This document shows positions 1-11,222 of a stretch of DNA of 64,000 bases, piece by piece. The notes under the pieces were generated by a model. It searched no databases. It worked only from the letters and a program-made list of their open reading frames with translations, and was not told where the DNA came from. The number at the start of each line of letters is the position of its first letter. Positions within the stretch are counted from its first letter, which is position 1. Source of the DNA: Eledone cirrhosa (lineage: Eukaryota); NCBI GenBank assembly GCA_964016885.1, contig OZ024740.1:366296001-366360000 (forward strand), read 5' to 3'. The translations under genes were made by a program, and so were the position numbers.

Positions 1-650
1 AAGCTCGTTGATGTGGCTCCTATGTAGAGGTGTTCGGAGTTGGGGGTTTTAACCCTACAACCATATACTAGGTTCTTCTTGAGGCATTCATTACCAAGGG
101 GGCATGATTCAGGGTTTCTGCAGTTGCAGAGGGTGGTCGGCCTCTGCGTGCCTAGATTAGGGTTCCCGTTATGTGTTACATGTTGGTCTTCCCCCAGGCT
201 CGGTGGGGTGTCCTCGGGTCTGTTTGGGTTTCTTGGGTGGGCTCTGGGTCCCCCCTTCCCTCCTTTCACATGGTTCTGCTGAGTGTTTGTATTGCCATCT
301 TCTGGTTGTGTGTGGTTTTTAAGTCTACTTCTGTTGATGCTTGCTATGTGTTGGGCCAAATTTCTCATGGTGGAATACGAGAGCTTCACGGTGTGTCTGT
401 TGAAGATCCTGTGGTATCTGTGGTCCCTCGGTAAGCATTTGTCAAGTGCTCCAAAGAATAATCGGGCCAAGCTTTTCTTTAGGGCCGCTGAGTAGGGCGG
501 GTTGTACCACGTGATTTTCGGTGTCTTCTCCTATATGTGTGGGTCCGGGTCGTCGTGATTTGTTGGAGATTTGTTGGGTTGCTGGTGGTTTCCGCACTGT
601 TGCTTCCCCTTTGGGCTCTATGCTTTTTGTTATCTTCCCTGTATCACCTT
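1..650 (-). mobile_element. Penelope-like element (Naiad-type): RT thumb/linker and start of GIY-YIG endonuclease; runs off the window
   Basis: Manual minus-strand translation from ~520 to 1 is open: KITWYNPPYSAALKKSLARLFFGALDKCLPRDHRYHRIFNRHTVKLSYSTMRN...CNCRNPESCPLGNECLKKNLVYGCRVKTPNSEHLYIGATSTS. This has the WYNPP, CxCx5C and VY...YIG motifs. Frameshift near 520. Confidence 0.9.
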
Positions 651-1359
651 ATATTTATTTTTAAGTTGAGATTGATTATAACACAAACACATTTAGTTTG
701 ATTATCTTATCTTAACATCTTGTCCTCATACCAATCTATCCAACATATTTCTGACCTTGAGATTGGTTATAGCACACACACACTTTATCCTACACTATTT
801 TTCACTTCTCCATATTCATTTTCATTACTTTTTCACCAATTTTTCATTTATTCTTTATTCTTTATTCTCTATTTATTTATTTATTTTCAAATTATACAAA
901 TTATATTAATTATTTTATTATATTATTTATTTATTTTCTGTTTTCTTCATTTATTGCCTTATACTTCTTCATATACAAGGAAGAACCCCCCCACCACCAC
1001 CACCACTATGAGAGATGGTGGCAGGAGGGATGAAGAAAAAACACACACTGGATACTTCTAAATTGTTAGCAGCAGCAAGATATAAGCTGACCACAACACC
1101 AACAACACTACCAAAATAATGGTAGAGGTCAAATGTACTTAACAATAGCAAACAAAAACACTACAGGGAGCCTCACCCCAGAAAGAATTCTATAGACTTC
1201 TGACTGAGGAATGCTCTCAGAACTGACCAATGGGAAGTTTGACACTTTTTTTGTTATTTTGTTCCTTTAACACCTTGTCCCTTCTGCCATTTTATCAATT
1301 TTTTAAGCTAACTCCAACAATAACAACACTTAGAATGAGGAATGTTCTAATAACTGACC

Positions 1360-1631
1360 AATGAGGGGAGAAGAGGACCTTTGACACTGAAATTCGTTTG
1401 TTTGAATTCATATGATTCCAGTTCCTCAGTGAAATAACAACCCAACCAGGAACTGGGCATATCAGAGTATTGACAATATTATACACCTAAAAAACATATG
1501 TACTTGTCTATACCACACTAATTCAAACTGCCTGAAGAGGTCACAGCCAAAGATGGCTGTCACTGAAATATATATAGCAGTAATAAACAAAGCTAAATTT
1601 TAATCATTTGACTTTTTATTTAACTTTATTT

Positions 1632-1633
<2 letters not shown>
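1360..1633 (+). mobile_element. Degenerate Penelope-like 3' end (GIY-YIG C-terminus remnant plus pLTR)
   Basis: Decayed reading ...EIRLFEFI*...NQELGISEY* resembles the PLE R..E..WI...LN.E.G tail. It is followed by a hammerhead and AATAAA at 1582. Confidence 0.55.
1527..1581 (+). ncRNA. Type I minimal hammerhead ribozyme
   Basis: actgc-CTGAAGA-ggtcacagcc(aaagat)ggctgtcact-GAAA-tatata-TA-gcagt. Stem I actgc/gcagt, 10-bp stem II with one mismatch, palindromic stem III. Confidence 0.85.
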
Positions 1634-1663
<30 letters not shown>

Positions 1664-2219
1664 TGCATACATACACACACATGTGTACATGCATACTTAG
1701 TCTAACCCATGCTAGCGTGGAAGATAGATGTTGATCGATGATGATGATGATGGTGATGATGATGATACATACATAAATATATATACATACACACATGTAT
1801 ACATACATACCTATATACATATATACACACATGCATATATACATACATGCATATATACATACATACATGTGTACATGCATACATACATACACATACATAC
1901 ATAAATATATACATGTGTACATGCATACATACATATACATACACACATGCATATATACATACATACATACATACATACATACATACATACATACATACAT
2001 ACATGTATACATACATAAAACACACATGCATACATATATGCATACATTTTATTTAACTTTATTTTACACTAGTCCGGAGTAACCAAACCAACCTGCGCAC
2101 TTCGTCGAATGCTCCAGCCTGCATACTGAGGTGTTGGTATACAACCAACATAAACTCAAAATCTACATATATATATATATATATATAATTGTTTCTACTT
2201 TTTTGCACAAGAAAATGTG

Positions 2220-2398
2220 GTAAGAAACCAGGTGAACCATAACGCACCAGAGTACTCAATACTTAGGGTAGTAGAGTGGTTAATAGGAAATTGTTCAAGA
2301 CCCCGACGGCAGAGCTCAAGCCGTTCGACGGCTATTTCTGGACTCTGAGATAGCCGTCGAAACGGCTTGAACTCTGCTGTTGGGGTCTTGAACAATTT

Positions 2399-2402
<4 letters not shown>
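2220..2402. mobile_element. Foldback PLE-like mini-element (hairpin 2284-2402 plus unpaired tail)
   Basis: ~55-bp inverted arms centred on cgacggctatttc/gagatagccgtcg, followed by aaac. GAGTACTC in tail at 2250. Abuts (TA)n. Confidence 0.65.
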
Positions 2403-2454
<52 letters not shown>

Positions 2455-2459
<5 letters not shown>

Positions 2460-2780
2460 GAAGTAATTCCATCGGAAAGGACCAGGAAAAAAGAGTGCTC
2501 TATGTAGGTTACAGAGCTTATTAGTTATGTAATAAACAACATAAGATAATTATTTCATTTACCAGTGGTTTCTTGAAAGCAAACAAATTTGCTTTCAGTC
2601 ATCAGAATGAAAAAATCCTGGTGTTTTTATTGAATGTGGATTTGAAGTACGGTTTTTCAAATACACATTCAATAAAAACACCAGGATTTTTTCATTCTGA
2701 TGACTGAAAGCAAATTTGTTTGCTTTCAAGAAACCACTGGTAAATGAAATAATTATCTTATGTTGTTTATTACATAACTA
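2455..2780. mobile_element. Inverted-repeat PLE-like mini-element carrying two opposed hammerheads
   Basis: Near-perfect ~125-bp arms 2522-2646 / 2656-2780. (TA)n on both flanks. GAGTGCTC in tail at 2493. Confidence 0.85.
2690..2749 (+). ncRNA. Type I hammerhead ribozyme (mirror copy on minus strand ~2553-2612)
   Basis: tttcatt-CTGATGA-c-tgaaagcaaa(tttg)tttgctttca-a-GAAA-cca(c)tgg-TA-aatgaaa. Full catalytic core; C.A mismatch at the base of stem II. Confidence 0.85.
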
Positions 2781-2790
2781 TATATATATT

Positions 2791-3610
2791 AAAGGGTTCT
2801 CCCTAAAAATGAAAGGCAGGTTGTACGATGCCTGCATACGAACAGCAATGTTGCATGGCAGTGAGACCTGGGCATTGTGTGCAGAAGATATACGCAGACT
2901 AGAGAGAAACGAAGCTTGCATGCTCCGCTGGATGTGTAATAGTAATATACGTGAAACGACAAAGCATAAACGAACTAAGGAAAAAATTAGAAATAAGAGG
3001 GATCAGATGTTGTCTACTCGAGAGAAGGCTACGTTGGTATGGTCACGTAATGCGCATGAAGGACGATAGCTGTATAACAAAGTGCAGGGCAATAAAGATA
3101 GACGGTAGCCACGGAATAGGCAGACCCAGAAAAACCTGGGATGAGCTGATAAACTCCGACCTCACACACTTACACCTCACCAAGACAATGCCACTGGACC
3201 GAGACCTTTGGCGGTACTCAGTAATAGAGAAGACCCGCCTTACCTAAATACAAAGTAAAACCTACTACAGTCAGTAGGCACCTCTAACAAAATACACCCC
3301 CGTCCCACTACCCCCATCCCATCCACACCACCCTTTTCAATGTTAAGTTATGTTGGTACCACAACATCCAGGCCGAAACAAATGAGGTCGTGTAGGTGTC
3401 ACAACAAAAAAAACACAGTCCACGCTGTAATGTGGCCGTGTAGGCAACACGGTAAAAACCTCCCAGTCCCACACTGTAAATGTGGTTGGTGTTAGGAAGG
3501 GCATCCAACTGTAGAAAACCTGCCAGACAGTCCTATGCGAGCAAGACAATCACTCTTGCCTCAAGTGGGAATACCCCCGCCCAACCCATGCAAGCGTGGA
3601 ACACGGACGT
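2791..3610 (+). mobile_element. 5'-truncated RTE-type LINE (young family)
   Basis: KGRLYDACIRTAMLHGSETW...RRLRWYGHVMRM...GRPRKTW C-terminus (frameshifted) plus the family 3' UTR. Confidence 0.92.
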
Positions 3611-3775
3611 GGAGGTGCAAAGTGGTCGTGGAGGTGCCACGGCAAAAAAGCACCCAGCACTCACTGTAAATGAGGTTGGTGTTAGGAAGGGCATCCAGCT
3701 GTAGAAATCAAGCCAGCATCAGTTCCCGTCCCACCCTTGCAAGCAGGGAAAAAGCGGACGTAAAATGAAATGATG

Positions 3776-3777
<2 letters not shown>
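3611..3777 (+). mobile_element. SINE/RTE-related 3' tail fragment
   Basis: Shares gttggtgttaggaagggcatccagctgtagaaa with the RTE 3' UTR. Reverse-complement copy at ~42060-42228. Confidence 0.7.
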
Positions 3778-3816
<39 letters not shown>

Positions 3817-4057
3817 TGTACACATGTGTATATGTATGCCAGTATGTATGTAAATGTATTTTATTCTGTTATCATTTTCCACATTTCTTTCCAATGAGCC
3901 AGTCTCCAACCCCACAAAAATACTCTTTTTAGGAATTCAAGCATCATCAACTTAGTAATCATATTCACATATATGAAAAAATATGGTGCGTTAGACAAAA
4001 ATACCTTGTTGTATAGAGTTCCACACAAACAAAATAGGTGTCAATACTAAATTTAGC

Positions 4058-4412
4058 AGAGTGAGTGAGTGGGAGAGCGAGTGGGGTGGGAGTGGGAGTG
4101 GGAATGTGAGTGGGAGTGGGAGAGTGCGTGTGAAAGTGAGAGTGAGAGTGAGTGAATGTGTGCGAGTGAGAGTGAGTGAGTGAGTGTGAGAGTGAGTGTA
4201 AGTGTGAGTGTAGGTGGTGTGAGTGTAGGTGTGAGGGTGAGAGTGAGAATGAGATTGTGAGTGTGAGTGTGAGAGTGAGTGTGAGAGTGAGTGAGAGAGT
4301 GAGTGTGAGTTTGAGAGTGAGTGTGTGAGTGAGTGAGTGTGAGAGTGAGTGTGAGAGAGTGAGTGAGTGAGAGTGAGAGTGAGAGTAGGTGTGGGTGTGA
4401 GAGTGAGAGTGA
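4058..4412. repeat. (GAGT/GTGA)n compound microsatellite
   Basis: Direct inspection. Explains spurious ORF 4053..4418. Confidence 0.9.
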
Positions 4413-5290
4413 ATGCATGTATGTATTGATTTAGCTTACCTATGCATTAACAAAAGGTTTTGTGGGTGTAAATATGTCCAACTTCTTGAGATGTTTTTAA
4501 AGATAAAATGAAATAGAGGGAGAGTCATGTTATAAAGAACCTTCATTGGCTGAATCAGAACATTTGGTGGTGGGAAGGACAATGCAGTGATACTAATTCT
4601 TTCTGGCTATATGGAGGTGGCTTGATGGAGCTTGTTTATGTGGGATTGTAAGTGGGAAGTCAAATTCACGCATTCATTTGACTGATTTAATGTTGCTGAG
4701 ATTTGATGCAGGGGTTATTTTGAGAATAAGGGCTGTCTCCATTGCACTTGCACAAGGCCAGAAGTAGCTAAAGTGGTCTTCATAGGATATCCAGGGCCAG
4801 TCACCTGAAATTGTTTAACAAGGCATTATTCTGGTGGCAGCAAAATGTGATATCAATTTTCCTGTGGACAGATATCATAGATTTCTACAATATATTTAGC
4901 TTCTCTTGAATGTAATGTAAGCAGATCCAGTCCCTGAGGTGTTATGAAGGTGCCCTGTCCAGATAACTCCATTTGTTCTAAAATCAAGTGAACAATATTT
5001 CCACCATCAATATTTCCATCATTAAACAGAACTATGACATCAAATGCTTAAAAGTGATGCATACAATCAGCACTCTAGAAACACCACATCTCTGCATTAT
5101 TGCAAAGCACACCATCACCTTTGCCACATGTAATGGTTTATTATATGGAGTTCAGTGAAACTCTCTGAGTATATAATATTTTCTTAACTATCGAACCTGT
5201 CCCTAGATAACTTTGGGTTCTGATAGTGCCTTCAGTGCCAATAAGCAAGGTGGCCTTATTTGGATTGCAGCATCTACTGATCATCTACAA

Positions 5291-5988
5291 CAAAGGTTCT
5301 CAACGGGGAGCATATGCACCCATGGGGGGCGTTTCGGAACTCCAGGGGAGCGTTTGGGAGCAAGGTCGCGTTAGGGAGGCGTTTGGAGCTGGGGGAGGGG
5401 GGTTAGGGGGCGCTGGAAGGCTCTTTATTTTGGTAAGTTTTATAAGCCATATTTGTTTGTCTTTGAGACAGCCAGTGTGAATGCATTTGAATGAGCTTGC
5501 AGACAGCATAACTATAGTCTGACTGCAGCTGTGAGCAGGTGTGCAGGCATGTCCGGTATTGAGATCCTAAAAATGGAAAAACCCACAGTCAACTGGGTTA
5601 AAGACACTTTGAGCGCAGTCAATTAGAATCTTATCTTTCCTTCACCGATAAGAATGTATTTCATGTCTGAAATTATTGACTCAGCCGCAACGAGTTAACA
5701 CTATGTAGATCTATTTTATTCCCTATTGTATAAATAATATTTCAAATAAAAAAAAAGAAAAGAAAAAACAGAAGCGAGTAGCACACACATCTAGGACCAC
5801 ATACAACACATAATCAGATAATACACACATTTGGAATATTGTTAATCAATTTTTTAGTAATCTACTGATATAAAAATCAGTAGTATATTGAAAAATGGAA
5901 AAATAGCGGGAGAGGGGGGGGGGGGGGGCGTTTCGTGATTTCGAGGGACAAAAGGGGGCGTTTGGCCTAAATGGGTTGAGAACCTGTG
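5291..5988. mobile_element. Non-autonomous hAT (Charlie-like) DNA transposon / MITE
   Basis: TIRs caaaggttctcaac / gttgagaacctgtg. Perfect 8-bp TSD ATCTACAA at 5283-5290 and 5989-5996. No transposase ORF. Confidence 0.9.
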
Positions 5989-6974
5989 ATCTACAACTAT
6001 CTCTAGGGATGTGTATCTTCAGCAAGGACATCTCATGGTTTCTCAACCAGTTTGAATTAGCAGCAACTAAATCTCTCTAACACTAGAAAAAGAAAAAGAA
6101 ACACAATAATTCTTCATTAGTCTATCTACCAAGTGTTAAACAATAGCATCAGTTATTTAACTTTTCATGATCAAGGACATTCACCTAAAACAGTGTCAAA
6201 CTTGTGATCATTTGGATGAGGCCAGTATGACAAAACAGTCTTCTGGCTGTACATATTGAATTGAACGTGATACTATTAGGCATCAGTATGTTTCATGAGA
6301 CCACAGATACTAACCTGGAAAATCTCTCCAAGATGCAGATCTGGGTAAACTTTTTTTTTAAATGAAAGGAAGACTAGCAGTTACCCATGCATGCAAGTCT
6401 TCCCTTTTTACATCACTGATGTTGTTCAAGAGAAAAGCAAGGGTTTTGTGTAGAGACAAACATAGTTGTGTTGTTTAGCACCAAGTTAGCCATGTTCAAA
6501 GATACCAATAATCAGGTCAGACAAGAAGAAGGAAAGGATCAGTTGTATAATTATGTTGTGTTTTATGCCTAGACATCACATCATACATTAGTTATAGTTA
6601 CGTTTTAACTCATAGTCTCATATAATTCAGTGCTTTAATCACAGTATCATTCATCATAGCTTATAGACATCATTAATAAAATATTCTTAATGCTGTTTTC
6701 TGAGCAATATTAATGGATGGCTGATAAGGCAAAAAATTCAAAACGAAATACTCAAACAAAGTTCTATGAAAATGCAAATTAACAAACATTGCTGGTCAAA
6801 TAATTGTCACAGGGTGCCAGGCAGATAACAGGATTTGTTGTTTTGTCAACATATTGTATTTTGCTTAGCGACCACTGAAGGAATTTTCTTTCTATTCTGT
6901 AGAATATAATCAAATACATGAAACAATATTGTGAGAGGAGGATAAGGACAACAAGCAAGAAAGTAGATTAATAA

Positions 6975-7370
6975 TGGTGAGGAGAGGTGCTAGTGGTGGA
7001 TGTTGTGATGGTGTTGGCGGTGGTGTTTGTTGTGTTGCTAGTGGCAGGGGCTGTTGTAGTGGTGCTGGTGGTGGGGGTTGTAGTGGCGCTAGCGGTGGGG
7101 GTTGTGATGGTGTTGGTGGTGGGGTTTGTTGTGTTGCTAGAAGCAGGGGCTGTTGTAGTGGTGCAGGGTGGTGGGCTTTTGTAGTGGTGCTGGTAGGGGA
7201 GGTTGTAGTGGCTCTAGTGTGTTGGGGGTTATGATGGTGCTGATAGTGGAGTTTGTTGTGTTGCTAGTGGCAGAGGCTGTTGTAGTGGTGTTGGTGATGG
7301 GGGTTTTGCTAATGCTGGTGGTGGTGCTAGTAGTGGGGTTTGTGGTGGTGATGGTGCTGGTATTTGGCTA
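6975..7370. repeat. GGT/GTT-rich degenerate minisatellite
   Basis: Recurring gttgtgttgctagtggcaggggctgttgtagtggtgc units at ~7028, ~7128 and ~7255. Confidence 0.8.
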
Positions 7371-7502
7371 AAGGCTGGAGTAATGATAACATTGTTTCAA
7401 TTGCTTCCTAAGTTAGTTATGAAGAAATATGCCTCTTCATCGATTGCAAAAAGTCATTATATACACACACACACACATATATATGTATGTATATCATTAT
7501 CA

Positions 7503-7549
<47 letters not shown>

Positions 7550-7550
7550 G

Positions 7551-7900
7551 GGGTACTTCATGTGATTTCCTTTGTAAGTTTCTGTGAAGAAGTCCAAGGA
7601 TTCAATTCTCCTGTGCAGTGATATTTTGAGGCTCTGTTCAACAGACTCTCAGACTATTTCAATAACTTCTTGTGTGTGCTTCTTGGTTCATTCAGAGTGG
7701 GTAGGATGGTCTTCAGATATTGAATTGAGGTTTTTCGCTGTCCCATAGGTCTCAACCTTCTTCACCCAGTTTTATATATTGGTTTTGAAGGGGGATTTGT
7801 TTGTACCAAAAAAATGTTTGAAATTGCCTCTGGAATGCTTAAATGAGCCACATTTATAGAAGTGTTTCACATAGAAATTCCAGTGCTAGAGCTCCCATTG
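7551..7900 (-). pseudogene. Degenerate Tc1/mariner-superfamily transposase N-terminal HTH fragment
   Basis: Minus-strand reading FYVKHFYKCGSF...NWVKKVETYGTAKN...QEVIEIV*ESVEQSLKISLHRR matches the WV.KF..TGS...ESV.QSP..S.RRR pattern. Several stops. Confidence 0.55.
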
Positions 7901-8131
7901 GAGCCTTGTTGTCTTCTCGGATGTTGTATCTGCAATGTCCTGCAATTTAAAGGTAATTGGTAAGAAAATAAATATACAGCAACACAAAATATGTCTTGCT
8001 CAAGGACACAACATGCCACAGGTGATTGAACTCACAACCTTACAATTGTGAGTCAAAAACCCAAACAATCAAACCATGCATCTTCACAATATAATCATCA
8101 TTATCATTGTTTAACGTCCATTTTCCACTAT

Positions 8132-9772
8132 ATCATCATCATCATCATCATCATCGTTTAACGTCCATCTTCCACGCTTGCATGGGTTTGGATGGGAGTT
8201 TTCCCACTTGAGGCAAGAGTGGTTGTCTCGCTCGCATAGGACTGTCTGGCGGGTTTTCTATGGCTGGATGCCCTTCCTAACACCAACCACGTTTACAGTG
8301 TGGACTGGGAGGTTTTTACCGTCTTACCTACACGGCCACATTACAGCGTGGACTGTGTGTTGTTTTGTCGTGACACCTACATGACCTCATTTGTTTCGGA
8401 CTGGATGTTCTGGTACCAACATAATTTTACATCAAAAGGGGTGGTGTAGATGGGGTGCGGGTAGTGGGACGGGGGTGTATTTTTGTTAGAGGTGTCTACT
8501 GACTGTGGTAGGTTTCACTTTGTACTTAGGTAAGGCGGGTCTTCTGTATTACTGTGTAGCGCTAAAGATCTCGGTCCAGTGACATTGTCTTGGAGAGGTG
8601 TAAGTGTGTGAGGTCGGAATTTATCAAGTCGTCCCAGGTTTTTCTGGGTCTGCCTACTCCGTGGCTACCATCTATTTTTATCGCCCTGCACTTTTTTATA
8701 CAGCTGTCGTCTTTCATACGCATCACGTGATCATACCAACGTAGTCTTCTCTCGAGTAAACAACATCTGATCCCTCTTATTTCTAATTTCTCCCTTAGAT
8801 CGTTTAAGCTTTGCCGTTCACGTATATTACTATTACACATCCAGCGGAGTATGCAAGCTTCGTTCCTCTCCAGTCTGCGTATATCCTCTGCACACAATGC
8901 CCAGGTCTCACTGCCATGTAACATTGCTGTTCGTATGCAGGCATCATACAGCCTGCCTTTCATTTTTAGAGAGAAGCCTTTAGCGGCTAATAGTGGTATA
9001 AGCTCTCTGAACTTTTTCCATCCAGTTCTGACTCTAGCTACTGTACTTTCAGAGCACCCTCCACCACTGCTGATTTTGTCACCCAAGTAACGGAAGGTGT
9101 CCACTATTTCTATAGAACCATCTGTGCAATGGAATGAGCTAGTATTCTGTGGGCACTTGCTGCTACTTATTGCACCAGAGCACCGACCACATATAAAATC
9201 TATGTTCTTAGTTAGCTTACCTGTGATCCTACTACATCTTTTATGCACCCATACTTTGCATTTGGGACATAAAATGGAGTTTCTACCTACTCCTTTCCTA
9301 CACACTGAGCATGGCCATTTTCCGGATGGAACCGGTGCCCTATTTTCCTTCCTACAAACTAGAACTTTAGTCTTAGACAGGTTAATTTTAAGGCCTTTTG
9401 ATTCTAGGCCATGCTTCCATGTTTGGCCATCGATTCAGCTATGAGCGTTAGATCATCTGCGTATAGGAGTTCTCATGGGCAGCCGGTCTTGAACTCCACT
9501 GTTATAGCCTGAAGGGCAATAATAAATAGTAGGGGGCTAAGAACGGATCCCTGACGAACACCAACTTTTACGCTAAACTCTTCGGTATATTCGTTGTTAA
9601 TTCTAACCTTGCTGACTGTTTCTTTATACATGGCTTGTATAGCTCTCTCACAAGCCATTCATCAACACCTAGTTTTCTAAGAGCCCACCAGATAATGGAA
9701 CGGGGGACTCTGTCGAAGGCTTTCTCCAAGTCGACAAAAGCTATGTATAGGGGTTTACTTTTAGCTAGGTAG
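8132..9772 (-). mobile_element. 5'-truncated RTE-type LINE with RT core
   Basis: LYIAFVDLEKAFDRVPR, VGVRQGSVLSPLLF, LLYADDL, C4HC3 finger, FRYLG, RRLRWY. (GAT)n tail at 8132. Stops and an internal deletion. Confidence 0.95.
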
Positions 9773-9987
9773 TAATGTGGCCGTGTAGGTAAGACGGTAA
9801 AAACCTTCCAGTCCACACTGTAAACGTGGTTGGTGTTAGGAAGGGCATCCAGCCATAGAAAACCCGCCAGACAGTCCTATGCGAGCAAGACAACCACTCT
9901 TGCCTCAAGTGGGAAAACTCCCGTCCAAACCCATGCAAGTGTGGAATATGGACGTTAAACGATGATGATGATGATGATAATGATGAT
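9772..9987 (+). mobile_element. Inverted RTE 3' UTR fused to the 5' break of the 8132-9772 copy
   Basis: Same 3' UTR and (GAT)n tail in the opposite orientation, with the same diagnostic variants (gtaagacgg, ccatagaaaacccgcc). Confidence 0.9.
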
Positions 9988-10133
9988 ATATATATATGTT
10001 GATGAAGTTATAGTATCATCTATAATCTTGCTTGCACACATTACTTACTCAATGAGGTATGGAATGAACTTTTATCAAACAAAATCTGTCTCAGAGTGTT
10101 AACCAAGTGTAGGTTTGTAATGTGGCATGTGTG

Positions 10134-10194
<61 letters not shown>

Positions 10195-10818
10195 GGGGAG
10201 AGAGAGAGAGATTTGTGAAAAATGGACATTAAACGATGATGATGATGAGTAATTATTCACAGATTTGATCCAGTCTCAATCCTCGAGAGAATTTGATCAC
10301 AACTTGAGTATTAGTTAATCAATCTAGATAAATATATTCTAGTTCCATAAGGAATGAGAAGAATATGTAGTTTATGTAGGTGTATGAATTTCAGAGTAGG
10401 TGTACAACCTTAAAAGAAGTAGTTATTACATTTCTCAAGTTGTACTCAATACCTTGTGTCTCAGTTCTGTCTGACCATCATGCCATGACACCCACACTAA
10501 CATAGATACCGATGTTAACTGTCTTCACTTCCTACTTCAGCTTGCAACTATGGAAAATGGATAGATGCAGACATACATCATACTATGACTTTATATTTAT
10601 ATGAATTAATCAAATGGACAGACAAGGGGAATAATCACCAAGTAACATCTACATGACCTATAAGGTAATTTGTGTAAATATTTCATATTTTCTTTATGTC
10701 GTATATTTAAGGTGTATTCAACTATTTGTTTAATTCATATGGACATAAAGTCATATCACCAACTTCTTGTTAAGCTATCTCACTTTCTCTCGCTCTTTAA
10801 GCACACACACACACACAC

Positions 10819-10902
<84 letters not shown>

Positions 10903-10904
<2 letters not shown>

Positions 10905-11222
10905 GGATGGTAGCTAAGATGCTTCCATAGGCGGTATGCCGGTTGAGCACTCTATGCTCTTACAGAGCAGAGTATGATATAATATAAAACGAAAAATCAG
11001 TGATGCATCTGAACTTAATTTATTGTGTGTTACAATTGTTTCGCCGGCGGACAGCTCGAGATGCGATCATTGTGTGGATCTGTCTGATTCTGGACCCGCA
11101 GGTTCGACGGACACGTCTAATGATTTCGGAGTATATTCTTCCACTGGAAGAATATACTCCGAAATCATTAGACGTGTCCGTTGAGTTCAGATGCATCACT
11201 GATTTTTTGTTTTATATTATAT
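10903..11222. mobile_element. Nested foldback PLE-like mini-element
   Basis: Outer inverted repeat 10977-11015 / 11184-11222. Inner near-perfect palindrome 11104-11184. Hammerhead 3' halves GAAAcaattgTA (minus, ~11030-11042) and GAAAtcatTA. GAGCACTC at 10945. Confidence 0.75.

Noticed and set aside
1626-2082. Many ORFs rich in M/Y/V/C/I/H (also ~13900, ~19850, ~31300, ~49400)
   Set aside because: They are translations of (CATA)n/(TA)n microsatellites.
6974-7371. Cys/Gly-rich ORF resembling a keratin-associated or metallothionein-like protein
   Set aside because: It arises from a GGT/GTT minisatellite that is open in several frames, with no other gene evidence.
7551-7953. Possible plus-strand exon (pyrimidine tract-AG ... 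AG/GTAAT); similar signals at ~54630-54663 and ~61143
   Set aside because: No sustained reading frame or recognisable protein; the first overlaps a transposase relic. A lncRNA cannot be judged without transcript data.
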